DNA from: Eledone cirrhosa
Lineage: Eukaryota
Assembly (NCBI GenBank): GCA_964016885.1
Contig: OZ024740.1
Location: 93,930,001-93,994,000 of the forward strand
Length of the DNA: 64,000 nt
Direction: 5' to 3'
Both the position numbers and the translations under genes were made by a program. The notes beneath the pieces were generated by a model. It searched no databases and had not been told where the DNA came from. It saw nothing but the letters and a program-made list of their open reading frames with translations. Shown piece by piece: positions 39,801 to 52,946 of this stretch. Every line of letters starts with the position of its first letter. The stretch's first letter is position 1.

Positions 39801-42060
39801 ACTGGCTGCACAGGGGTAAATAGCCTAGTTTGGATGGTCTGCCCTATGAACTTTAATTACATATGCCAGGTTTGTTCGGAGGCCTCTTGCCGGACATCTA
39901 CTGCAACAGGCGATAGAACGGGAGAATTCCCAGCTCTGTGAGACGAGGAGCAGTGGCACTGCTGAGAAAGAATCCGAACAAGGGGCATAATAGGATAATT
40001 TTAGGCCCATAACTCTGCGAAACACAAAGTTCAAGATTTTGGCCAAGGTACTAGCAAAGAGGTTGGCGCTTGTCGTTGGTGGTCTGGTGAGAGAGGTGCA
40101 TACCTGCGCCATTCCCTACAGATCCATCCACGACAACCCCCACCTCATGCGATACATCGTAGAGAGGGTAGCTAGGGAAGCTGGCACGGGTTGGACTTTG
40201 ATCAATTTAGATCAGTCGAAAGCTTTCGATAGGGTCGACCATCGTTAACTAGCGGCAGTCCTGAGGGCTGCTGGCTTTGGGCCCGTCTTCAGAGGCTGGA
40301 TCGCTGCCATGCACAGCGACATTTGCTCGGTGGTGAGAGTCAACGGTCACCTTTCGGAACCGTTCAACATCATGCGCTCTGTTCGCCAAGGATGTCCCCT
40401 CTCGTCCCTCTTGTACGTATTGACTCTCGAGCCATTACTGCACAAACTGAAGACGTTGAGGGGCGTCCCACGCGAACTAGGATGTCACCGTAGTGGTGTC
40501 GAACGCCAAACACATCGAGACGATAGGCATTACACTAAGAGAATACGAAGCGGTGACAGGAGCAATGATCAACCAGGAAAAGTCAGTGGACTAGCAGCTC
40601 GGCACCTGGAGAGGCAGGTCCATGCCGTCCAAGAGAGTCTTTAGACGCTGGACGGACGGACGGTTTAAATTGCTAGGGGACGGACACAAACTGGGAAGAG
40701 GTGACGAGCAGTGTGGCTTCTCTAACCCAGAAATGGGCGGAGTGGAAGCTATCACCGAAAGGTCGAGCGGACGTGGCTTACGCGTACATCGCGTATGTCA
40801 TCTGCTACCGCCTGACCGTCGTACCTTGTTCTAAGCCCCGCCTGACTGCGCTGGAGCGTTTGCTCTTTCGTTTTTTGTGTAAGGGACGCGCTCCGATGGT
40901 CAGCCGGTCCATCTGCTGTCAACACCCTCTATGTGGAGGGCTAGGAATTCTGTGGCTGATGATGCGCAGACACGCATTCAGGTTACGACATCTCCACCTC
41001 TTCCTCGATGGTGATCAGGTGTGGTCGCCGTTTGCTAGACATGTATTTTCCCAGCTAGTTTCCTTGACGGAGCTGCAGTCCTGGCTCAAGCGAAGACCGA
41101 GTGGGAGCCCCTGGAGACTGGAATGACTTCAGGCGCTCCCAGCCCTCAACCAATCGGGAAATGTGATCGGTGGAAACTCCACTTCGTCGTACTATAGAGG
41201 ATTAGGGGAGGGGAAGAGCGACGACGTACTTGGGGAAACTCTAGGCGTCGACGATTTTAACTAGCCAATCTCTTCGGAAGAACTTTCGGGCCGGGGCCTA
41301 TGGACAACTTCCAGAAATCTCTGGCCTGGCATGGCTACCGAGGAGTCTTGCCAGTTCGAGATAAACTCTACAGGCATGGAGGTGCCGTCAGCCGGGCATA
41401 TCCGAGATCCGCGCAGGGCGACGAAACCGTCCTGCACGCACTCGTCCAGTGTTCGAAAATCCTGACTTGTGGGTTTATGGCGAACCCCTGCTGTCGCGTG
41501 TAGGAGGGATCCGGCTATCATCTGAGTCCATCGTGAGGATTTCCACGCCCTCTTCCTTTAGCCGGGAAGGGCAGGCAGTTTTTCTCTGTCTGGTGGCCAT
41601 GGCGAAAGAGATAGTATGGTGGACACGTTTGAATGGGCTGAAGACGAGCACTTACCTTATCGGTGATGCCTTGGTTGAGTTTTTCAAATTTCATTTGAAA
41701 AGGAAAATCAGAGTAGAGAGGGAAGTGCTCTCTTCCCAGCATTTTGTTGAAAGATGTGTGAGAGAAGCAAGAATGACCCGAGTGAATGGGCCTACTCTGA
41801 GTATGTATCTGTAAATTAAAGGTGGAAAACTGGGAGAGCGCACTTGCCTTGGTGGTCAGGGTCACTGTGTCATTTTACTGGGCTTTCCCCACAAATGTGC
41901 CTCCGAAGTCTCTCCCCCTATTGGGGAATTTTTCATTGTAATTTTTATTACATCATCTGTTTTTGTTTTTATCCGCATAAATGCCCATTTGTACCGTCCT
42001 GTATTATCCTGCACTGTCCTTAATGTCTACTTTATGTAAACCCTTATTGTTAATAAAGAA
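36185..42060 (+). mobile_element. Tx1 copy 4 (full length, decayed; same family as copy 3)
   Basis: Same 5' end GAA(C/T)GCCATGGTTGACGGAGGC, ORF1, ORF2 and 3' UTR as 20724-26590, with many stops and indels. Confidence 0.93.
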
Positions 42061-42099
42061 ATAATAATAATAATAATTATTATTATTATTATTATTATT

Positions 42100-44129
42100 T
42101 GCATTTATCTTGCTTTATGTTCATACGAGTTATCACCAAGTCACAACCAGTGACCTCAAGAGACAACAAGGTCCGCCATGTTCAAGAAAGAACATACATA
42201 TTCACACATGCATCCTTAGTGTCTAGACTTGTGATGTACTTATATTGACAGGATCTTCCTTAGTATATGGGCAGTTCCCATTAGTACTATCTTTTGTATT
42301 TCTCCTATACGCGGGTTTCCTGGGATCTGCGATAAGTAATCATTAGACACCTTAGGTATCATTCCCAGAGCGCCTACATCCACTGGTATTGTTTTAGTTC
42401 TCAATTTCCACATTTTTCCAATTTCTAGCTCCAGGTCAATTTTTCAAATGTTTTTATAGATACATTCTTGTCTATTGGAACAGACATATCAATTAGCAGG
42501 CATACCCTCCTTTGAAAGTCCTTCAATATTATATCAGGTCTATTTGCATCTATTTTTTCGGTCTGTTTGGATGCTAAATTTCGACAAGATTGAGATGTGA
42601 TCTTTTTCAAGTATGGGAGGTGGTTGATGCTCCCACCAATTCTTTTGATGGGGCAGGTCAAAATGCTTACACATTATCCAATCTATGTATTGTGCAGCTC
42701 TGTCATGCCTGTTTAGGTATTCGGTTGGAGCTATAGGACTGCACATTGAAATTCTATGGTCAATGGTCCCTGGTTGCTTTTTGCATACACGGAATAATGG
42801 GCTGCACCCATTTTTTATTATGTTGGCTTGGTAATTTTTTGTTGGCAGACACTGAACTTGTGCCGATATAATCAGTCCTTCAGTCTCCGATTTCAGTCCA
42901 GAGGATGCCAACCACTGATGGGTTAAAGTTTTGTCAACATCAGGATTGTTAGCTCGCTCTGGGTATTTTCCATACAGAGGCTTTTCTTGCCATTTCTTAG
43001 CCAGTTTCTGTAGCAGTTCTTTCTTTGCAGTTACTTTTACCTCTTTGCTTTTTCTGTGTTTTCCATTTCAGCAGTCGATTACTGTATCTTTGTACATCTT
43101 TTGTAATGGAATATGATCTTTTGGTGCTTTCGTGTTTCAAAACGAGTTTGATAATCCAATCATGTGATTCCCTTAGATATATGGATAATCCAATCGTTGC
43201 AGTTTTCAACGCAATGTCTAACTGGACTAACCACGTCCTCCTTCTTTCCTAGGGAGATATATTCTATCTATGTCTGCCTTATGGTGATGCATTCTGTGCA
43301 TGGTTAAGAATTTTCGGATTTTTGTATCGAGCCTACGGATCTCTGTGCTTGACCAGTTGATGACATTGTAACTGTAGGTTACTACTGGTATGGCAAGCTT
43401 GTTTATGGCATCGATCCTATTCCTTGCATTCAATTCCGTTCTTAAGATTGCTCTTACTCTGCGGTAACATTCCTTCCTTATCCTTTCCCTCCTTGTCGAG
43501 TGCTTGATTCCGTCTCCTTCACAAACACCTAGATATTTGTAAGTTTTTTCTTGATGAAACTCTCTTATCACGTTCCCCCGATCAAGATTAATGTCTGAAC
43601 TCTTCAGCAGCTTTCCTCTGGTGAACGTTGCTTTGGCGCATATATCCAGTCCAAACTCCATTTTAACGTCATCACTGAACTGCTTCACAGTGGATAATAG
43701 CCCTTGCAATTGTTCATCATTTTTTGCAAATAGTTTCAGGTCATCCATGTAGAACAGTGGATTAATGGTTTTGTCATAGACTCTATATCCATGTTTTGTT
43801 TCATTGAGCATTTTACTTAATGGTATAAGTGCGATGCAGAATAAAAGCGGTGATAAAGAGTCACCCTGAAAAATTCCACAATTAATATTAACTTCTCCAG
43901 CTTCCAGTGATTTTGTTTCACTATTCAAAAGGAGTGTCGTTCTCCATGTCTTCATACTGAATGACAAAAACCTCCTGACAACGGGCGATATTTTGAAAAT
44001 CTCTAAACATTTTTCAATCCAACTGTGTGGCAAACTATCGAATGCTTTTTTATAATCTATCCAAGCAATAGATAGATTTTCGTCTCTATTATGACAATCT
44101 TCCAGTATCATTTTGTTAACCAGAAGCTG
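42100..44129 (-). mobile_element. Dong-B copy 2 (5'-truncated within RT)
   Basis: Colinear with 26610-28678; ends in a TTA run at 44131. Confidence 0.92.
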
Positions 44130-44174
<45 letters not shown>

Positions 44175-44186
44175 GTTGTTGTTATT

Positions 44187-45050
44187 CCTTGAATCTCAGT
44201 CATTGATGTTGGTTAACTGGAAAGTCCGTTGGATTGAATATCAGGCCACTACCTGCAGCCTCAGATATTCAGAACGTATCGGAGGGTTCTTGCTGTTCCA
44301 AGCAAGCATGCCTTTTGAAGCGTTCCAAAAAGCGTGAAGGGGCCGATTTTCTTTAACCATCCCTGGAAACTTTTGGAGATAGTCCCCAGTGCGCCTATGA
44401 CAATCGGGATCACTTTGACTTCATGGCAGTTCCAAATCCTTTTCACCTCCCACTTTAGGTCCTGGTATCGGTTAATTTTCTCCCTCTCCTTCTCTTGCAC
44501 TCTCGTGTCGAACGGGCAGGCCACACCCACAATCAGACACGATCTTTTTTCTTTGTCCACAACCACCAGGTGAGGTCTATTGTGTTCCAGTTTTTTGTCC
44601 GTCTGTATCCTAAAATCCCACAGCACCTTCACCTGATTGTTCTCCATCACCGCCTCTGGCCTATGCTCATACCATTTCTCAGAATGTGGTAAATTGTTTA
44701 CTTTGCACAGGTGCCAGTGGATCACCCTGCCCATCACATCGTGTCTCCAGCCCTTATAGTGGGTCTGGGCTAGGTGTTTACACTCGGACACAATGTGAGC
44801 CACAGTCTCCTCTCTCTCTCCACAGATCCTGCACATTGGGCTAGCCTCCTCCTTGTAGACATGGTGCTTCAACCACTTCGTTTTGAGGGCCTGCTCCTGC
44901 GCAGCCATTAGCATTCCTTCTGTAGCCTTTTTGAGGTCTCCTCTTCTCAACCAGTTCCATGTCTGTGGATCTCTAAATTCAGTTTTCTCAAAGAAGGTAC
45001 TATGAAGGGATTTTCCCTTAAGGTTGCTCTTCCTCCTTGATGTTATTTCC
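44187..45050 (-). mobile_element. Dong-A copy 3 (5'-truncated; CCHC and RLE end only)
   Basis: ORF 44261-44950 with CRICGEREETVAHIVSEC and RHD. Colinear with 31568-32431. (ATT)n on both sides. Confidence 0.92.
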
Positions 45051-45126
<76 letters not shown>

Positions 45127-47230
45127 GGCTACCTACGTAGTAAATCGTATCATCGTGAGCTCTGCAAATGTTTGTTATTTCCGTTTGTTAAAAATTGCCA
45201 TTTATGGAAAATTATTTTTGTTAACTATATATAAGCGCACATACATAGTTTTCCGAAAAGAAGACCCCAACAATTGGGGCCCTGTACCCAAAATTCAAAC
45301 TTTTATGATTATCAAAAAAATTCTTTGGAAAAAAATGGATAATTCACCTCTGCACCAATCAGTTGAAAGCCTTCCTCACAAATTAACACCTCACACCGAC
45401 ACCACCATTGTAAATGTTACTACGTTTGCCAACACTAAAAAAAATATAAGCAGTAGCAATATTTTAAATTTGTCTCAGGCAGACATTCATTTACCGCCAT
45501 TACCAATGACTGAAGGTGTTAAAGCCTCCACCACCACCACCACCGCGACAACAGAAACAAAACACGACTGACGTCACCACCACCACAACTGAAATTAAAT
45601 TAATAATAACAAATATAACGATAACAACAACAGCAACAATGACATTAAAAAAACCACCCTGAGTTTTGCCAGAGTAGCAAAACAGTGCGAAGCATTTACG
45701 GTAACTCAGGAGGAATTAGAAAATGCCAAAAAAATGGTAAAGAAAGATGGGTACAGGGTCAGCCTCACCCTCCCACATAATAAAATGGAGCATCGGCGCC
45801 TATGCACCGTGTCATATCGAACAATTAATGTAAAATCGCGCCATGTGGAACGGGCATCCTAGTCCCAAATCCAAAAAGCTTTGGGACATGTGTGGGCAAG
45901 TAAAACACACATCAGACGTGGGCAGAAGTATGGAACCATGGACGTGTTCTTTGAAACACCAGAGGAGGCTAGAGAACACTCCATGGCCCCATTAAGAAGT
46001 GACGACTTCACACATGTCCCAAGCTATTGTGGCCAGAGACTCATAAAGATCAGGGTGACCCACGTTCCACCGGCCAAATTCCCTGGCTAATAGCGGCCGT
46101 CCTCGCCGTCATCGAAGCCAACACAAAGATAATAGCAATAGCAAAAGAAAAGCAGGAGAACTGGTCCGGATCTGGGATGGAGCTCCTGATGCAAGCGGAC
46201 CTAAATAGCATTGAGGAGATCCCAGAGATAATAAACCTCACTGACGGCAGCCACCTCACCGTAATTGTCGAGGGCAGAAGGCCTAGGTGTGTCGTTTGTG
46301 GTGAAGGAACCCACCTAAGGGCTTTCTGCCCTCAGGCTAAAAGGTTGAGGCCACCTCTCCTACTCACCCCAGTGACTCAACTATCAACACCACCACTAGC
46401 AGAGATGGCAGCAACAACTGTAGCAGCAACAACAGAAGCAACTATAACAGCAACAACCCCAGTAACAGTAGCAAAACCAACACCACCACCACCAGCAAAA
46501 CGAACACCACCACCATCCAACGCGCCAGAATTAGCACCAGCGCGTACACCATCTACCACGCCACAACCAAAACTACGCCTGTAGAGGATTTTCGACTCCC
46601 CCGCCTATCACAACTGGAGACAGATTGTGACGACGAGGAGTGGGAAAAGGTATCAGGAAAAAAAAAGAAACCAAAAAGAAAAAATTCTCTTCCTTCCCCC
46701 TCCAAAAACAAAATACAGAGGGAAACAAATAAATTAACAAACAAAAAGTTAGGACAGATATGCCACCATTCACACCATCATCCTCAACCCCATCACCCCA
46801 ACCACCAACACCATCACCATCATTAACCCCAACACCACCATCACCTACACCACAAAAGTGACCTAAATGCGAAACAGAAATAAACCCACAACAAACGCAA
46901 ACAAAACAAAACAACCAAAACGATACACACTACACAGCATTAAATTTGAACAACAAGGGCGGTGGATTGGCAGTATCAGTAGAGGGTTGGACGCCATGCT
47001 TTCCAGCATAGTTACGTCCCTTTACGATCTGAGTTCAAATCCCGCCGAGGTTAACTTTGCCTTTCATCATTACGGGGTCGATAAAATAAAGTACCAGTAA
47101 TGCACTGGGTATTTGCTGGCCTTGTGCCTAAAGTAGAAACAATTAAATTTGAACAACAAGCAATTATTACACTATATCCAACACAACACCAGCATCACAG
47201 AAAAAGACTACACAACAATCCAAAACATTT
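45127..47230 (+). mobile_element. Tx1 copy 5 (5' type II; 5' UTR and ORF1 only, 3' part lost)
   Basis: 5' end like 9285. ORF1 knuckle CVVCGEGTHLRAFC. Stops at the 47231 hairpin. Confidence 0.85.
46958..47141 (+). mobile_element. tRNA-headed SINE with 19-bp target-site duplication, inserted in Tx1 ORF1
   Basis: TSD ATTAAATTTGAACAACAAG at 46939-46957 and 47142-47160. B-box GAGTTCAAATCCC. Confidence 0.92.
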
Positions 47231-47830
47231 TTTCCGAAAGAAAAAAACCTTCTCCACCCGAGATCACGTTTACTGATCTCGTGGGGAGAAGGTTTTTTTC
47301 TTTCGGAAATTTTTTTTTTCTCTAGAGGAAATTTCATAGGAAGTCTATATATTTTTTAGGGAAACTTTATATTTTTATTTTCTTATTTTATTAGCCTCTT
47401 AATTTTCTTCTAGACTAATAGGTGTATTGGAGCCTGTAAGCTTTATGCACTCATTGAGGGATTTTTTCTGAGGTGCTTCTACGGGACCCCAAGTCTATTG
47501 GTTTAATGTTGATGCGTGAATTATATATTTTTTTCTAATTTTTAAACTTCAATCCCTGACCCCGACAACTAATATAATAGAGCCCTCCTTAAAGCGGAGT
47601 TGCTGATGTATACAACAATTTCAAACTGCTAGCCTTGAGTGATACGTTGATGTAAACAATGATCTTGCAATCACATGTTATATGCCTTGATAAGTCCCAG
47701 CATGGGGTCGGACGAAACGGCTGTCGGCAATAAACTTGTTATAATGTCATAATAGTTCCTTTGTTCTTTTTCACTAATATTTCTGCTCTGCGTATACACA
47801 TAGAGCTTAACTAGCTACCGTCGCATATTT
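47231..47830 (+). mobile_element. Penelope-like 3' fragment with 5' fold-back and hammerhead
   Basis: Inverted repeat 47231-47309. MRELYIFFLIFKLQSLTP near 47513-47570 resembles the PLE GIY-YIG C-terminus. Hammerhead at 47683. 3' boundary approximate. Confidence 0.6.
47683..47729 (+). ncRNA. Type I hammerhead motif, U3-A8 variant
   Basis: TGCC-TTGATAA-GTCC..GGAC-GAAA-CGGCTG-TC-GGCA. Confidence 0.75.
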
Positions 47831-47882
47831 GGTAAGTCAGACGTGATCATCGCGATTCACAAACGTCCTACCATATATCTTA

Positions 47883-47917
<35 letters not shown>

Positions 47918-48989
47918 CTAGTCCTACATAGAAAAATTGTAAATATGTAATATTTTTTAATTAAATTGTTTAGAACACCAACTATATATGTATATCTCTC
48001 ATGAAATGACATGTGGCTGTCTCACTTGTAGCGAAAGTGGATTGCCATTTCAAGGAAATATTTACATTTCAAAATGTTTCCATTTATTTAGTGTTAACAA
48101 TATATATCATCTACCTGCAAACGCGTATTCATCAGAAAAAAAGTGTTGATCTTAATTTGAATGAAAATAAACATCATAAAGAAATCATTATAACAGAAAT
48201 TTAAAAAAAAATCGATTTATATATATACTTTCTTTTACATTTTCCCGGAAAGTTTTCATTATTTTTCTATATGTGTGCTCGTCAAAAAAATCAACTTGGC
48301 ATTTCCACGAAAACCTATATTTTTTAAATAAAAAGAAATAAGTCTAAATATATTTCAAGGAAATAACAATAGATAAAGTAGTCGATATATGAAGATTTTT
48401 GTATAGCGCAAAATATTTCGTTGACGATAACACAGATGTGATTTATAGGGAAGATTATACGTATTTGAAAGCATTTGTTACGTTGTAATTTTAATATGTT
48501 CATGTATTTTTTTGTACGAAGTGTACCGCACTGGAGAATTCGTAAAAGATGATCCTTATTCAATTATATGAAATAGTTGAAAAAAGTTGGTGACGATAAA
48601 TAGAAAAATATATTTATCTAAACGCTTTCAATGTTTCCAAGATAATGATGACAGTTATAAACAAAAATAAATTAATATTAATAATAATTTCATTATTGGA
48701 TGTAAGTGTCTACATATCTGGTACAGTACAAAAACACAGGGGGAATGGGGGGGGGTATAAACAGATTAACAGAAACGAGTAACAATAAAAATATAATGCA
48801 AATTGAGGCAACACAACTACCGCACAAACCCTGGACCGTCCCGATGCTTCAAGGGTTCCCACTAAGTGTACCACTCTTCTCCTCAAATCAACCAATCTAT
48901 AGACGCATGTAAAGATTAGGCTCATTTACACTATAGTCAACTACATATAGCAAATATACTGGGGGGTGGGCACTTCTCTCCATCTTAAA

Positions 48990-50110
48990 ATGTACATGGG
49001 CGTTTGGCCTCAGAGAAGTGCTCTGGCTTCAGTAATTTCAACATGGTTCACCACAAAACCTCTTTCATCACGGCTACGGGACAAAGGAAAACGGCCTGCG
49101 CATCCCGACCAAAAGTCGGCAGTGGAGTGATCTTCATTGTGCACTCGGTTGTTAAGCGTGCCATCCGAAACGCAACAACACCTGTTAGACATAATTTCAC
49201 AAGTCTGTAATTCACGGTTCACTGGGCGAGTGCGTAGAGAACAATTTCGTGTCTCTGAACGCATCTTGGGCACATTACTTTGACATACATCTCTGCCTGA
49301 AGAATATTTTTCTCGAATCGGCAGTGCCCCGTGGTAGCAATATCAAGTGTGGGATTTATGGAAGTTATACATAGTCCACGGCTGGCAGGTCCAACGGAGC
49401 AGTTTCAATTCATTAATATCCGGTACATATTCCACCCACTGATTCTCTATAGAGAGCCGGGAGCGTCTTACAAAATTCAAGATGCCAGGCACCCTGTCTC
49501 TTACCAATTCATATTAAACTGGAACTATCATCCGAGACAGAAACCGATAAAATGTACATGTCCGTCCGTACATCGCCCGACGACGCTTTTGAACGGAATG
49601 GATTTGCTTCTGCAAGTGTCGAGTAGCAAGCCCACTGACTTTTCCGAGTTTAGTTTTGCTTCCGTCAAACATTCTGTTTCTTCCAAGAGAGTGGTTAGCT
49701 ATTCAACACCATCATGTTAAAGGTGTCCTCATATGCCACACGTCCTTTCTACACCCCGTTTCTAGCGAGATGCCTTACAACAGCTCCAGCTTCAATAGTA
49801 AAGGCTGAAATTCAAAAGGTACATAAGAGAGGAGAGTGGGCAGCAATGTCGGACTGATCCGGGGATCTGAAATGTTTCCGAAGGATGGCCAAAAACTTTT
49901 ACCACCGGATGTCGCTGCTCATTGCAGCAATCCAGTCTATTAAGATGGGAACGAAACCAAATTCTTCCAGGTGCCGATCATCGTACATCTCGAAAGCTTT
50001 CGATTCATCTAAATTTATCAGAACCGCACAGAATCCTGGTTTACACTTCACAGTCTATATGATGTGTTGCATGTGTTGGAGGTTGTCATGTATGGACCTT
50101 GCCGGATGTG
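48990..50110 (-). mobile_element. Old, heavily decayed Tx1 ORF2 3' fragment
   Basis: Minus-strand remnants RSIHDNLQH, LINLDESKAF, CPRCVQRHEIVLYAL and FGRDAQAVFLC match Tx1 ORF2 in this window. Confidence 0.75.
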
Positions 50111-50139
50111 CAAAGTTGCATGACCATAAGTAGATTTTG

Positions 50140-50760
50140 GCACGGATACCGTGAAGTTTGGGCATCACGGTACCAGCCTCTGCAACACTTAATTCAGCTG
50201 TCTGCCTTCCATTCCTCGAGAATATGGCCCAGAGTTACTTGAAGTTCTCTACCTGCATCAGTTGAACTTCATTCAGATGTAGAGTGCACTGAGCAGGATT
50301 CCTTGAGAGGACGAGCGTCTCAGGGTTCGAAGCACAGGTTTTGGTTCCAGCCATGCAGCAGTCTGCATCAAACCTATCGAGTGCCAGTCGGAGATCACCT
50401 TCTGTCGAGTTAAGTAAGAGAATGTCGTATGCAAAATCCACACGACTAATTTCACACCAGTCAATCATGGTATTACTTCCAACTCGGCAGCGCATGACAC
50501 TTCTGCTCATGGAAATAATGAACTGGGGAGGTGACAGTACCCACCCTTTGCGGAATTCAAGTCCCACATTGAGTGGTGTGATTTAGCACTTACAAGATAA
50601 CAAATATTCGAGAATTCTGATAGAGACATCAGGGCAGCAAGAAGCTGAACATCGATCCCATTCGTTTTCAGGACATTCCACACAAAAGAAGAATAAGCAG
50701 AGTACCATACATGAAATTTCCTTGCAGTGAAAATCCGTGTACTGTTCTTAAATTACGTAA
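50140..50760 (-). mobile_element. Decayed RTE-like RT fragment
   Basis: ORF 50235-50567 has GWVLSP..F, FAYDILLL and QVENFK motifs resembling LINE RT subdomains 4-7. Confidence 0.55.
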
Positions 50761-51754
50761 TGGTCCAGTCATTTGTACAGCAATTTTATTCTAATTATAT
50801 TCATGATGTCTGTAACATGCCCACAAAAGGTAAAACAGAAACTATGATTATATTTAATTAAGCGTTAGTGTTGACGAAAAGCTGAATGATGTTTTCACAT
50901 ATATATACTTTTTGCGATATATCAATTGATTATATGCAACATATACAAAGTTACCCTACAATGTTTTAAACATCCATCAGTAAATATGATTTCATACTTC
51001 ACCATATTAGGTCTTTGTTATCACAATTGTTGAAAAATGTATTTGGACGCTATACGTATTCGAGTGACAAAATCACACTCTGTATTTCATAATTAATTAT
51101 GGATATTAAATACTTTTTTTATTTCCAAATAAATGTCGATACTGAAGTGTTGAGTAATCTTTCTTTGGGTTCGTATTTGTTCAATGTTTTTTGCATGAAA
51201 TAATTCAGCAATGCGTATGAAACAAAATTGGTGAAGGAATATATAGCTTATTTTTCAGTGTAAAAACCTGAATCCCCTATATTGTCCAGCATTAATATAA
51301 TTAGTTTCCACAAAGGCTCATGTTTAATTATGATTTGAAGGATTTTCGAATAATTATTCTACCGTCAAATTCGTTCTCTATTTCAATTATTGAGATGTAC
51401 CACAATGAGAATATATGTGCGAGAAATCTATATACATATTTCTTATAAAATAGACAAAATCTACGTTATTTATATTTACGAACAATTACATCATTCATAA
51501 ACACATCTGAACATGTGTGTCCTCATGTGAAGTGTCAGATCATTTGTGAGTGGTATGTGGATGACAATTGAATGTGACTCTTACAACAATACTAATCAGA
51601 ACAAAAGATCATTAAAAAAATATTTTATCAGTTTTATTTTGTCAATCCATTGTGAAGGTGCTCGCCGCAGCTTCCATTGTTTCAGTCCTTTCAATAGCGT
51701 TATATACATTTATACACACACATACACACACACATGTATATATATATGTTTGTA

Positions 51755-52034
<280 letters not shown>

Positions 52035-52767
52035 TGGAAAATGATAACCATCGTTTTTGTGTTCTGTCTCCTGTTGTGGCAGTCATTTTATATTTCATTA
52101 TATATTTTGCTCTAGATATATATATATATATTTTAAATTATATTTCACTGCTGCTTCAATATCGGTTGAACTTGCTTTAGAAAACTGAAATGATATGAAC
52201 AGTATGTGGATAATGTAATTAGAGAAGAGAATGCAAATCGCGAGATAGAATATTAATTTAAAATCTCAGTGTATGGAAACAAAGAATGGTTGAAATAACT
52301 ATTTAGCCTCCCGATTAACGTCGATATTAATATTATTATTACCAGCGTTTAATGGTTTTTGTGTTAAACATATTACTATTACTAATATTATGTATGTTTT
52401 ATAATAGGATATTTTGATGTTTTAATAAATTTTTGCCCATTCTTGTGCTATTTTCACGTCCTATTCATGACTCATTCACAATATCTCATTCTGCTGAACT
52501 CTTTTAAAGTCAAATTTGATAATTATATAGTTTTATTTGTTCCTCTTGTTTACTAGTGCTTTAATTTATTCAGTATATTTCGATTTTATTTTAGTTTACT
52601 ATTTGTTTAACTTTTTGGTTTCCTGACTTTCGTATTTCCATTAAATTATCTTCTTTCAATTAAGGGAATCGTATTGCGCAACAGTTTGATCTGATGGTGT
52701 TGAGACACCTCCATGTATTAAGATATTAAAATATTTCAGGAACACAAAATATTGTAGAAACACACAC

Positions 52768-52805
<38 letters not shown>

Positions 52806-52845
52806 TGTATCTATACATAATCATACACAGACACACACACACACA

Positions 52846-52946
<101 letters not shown>

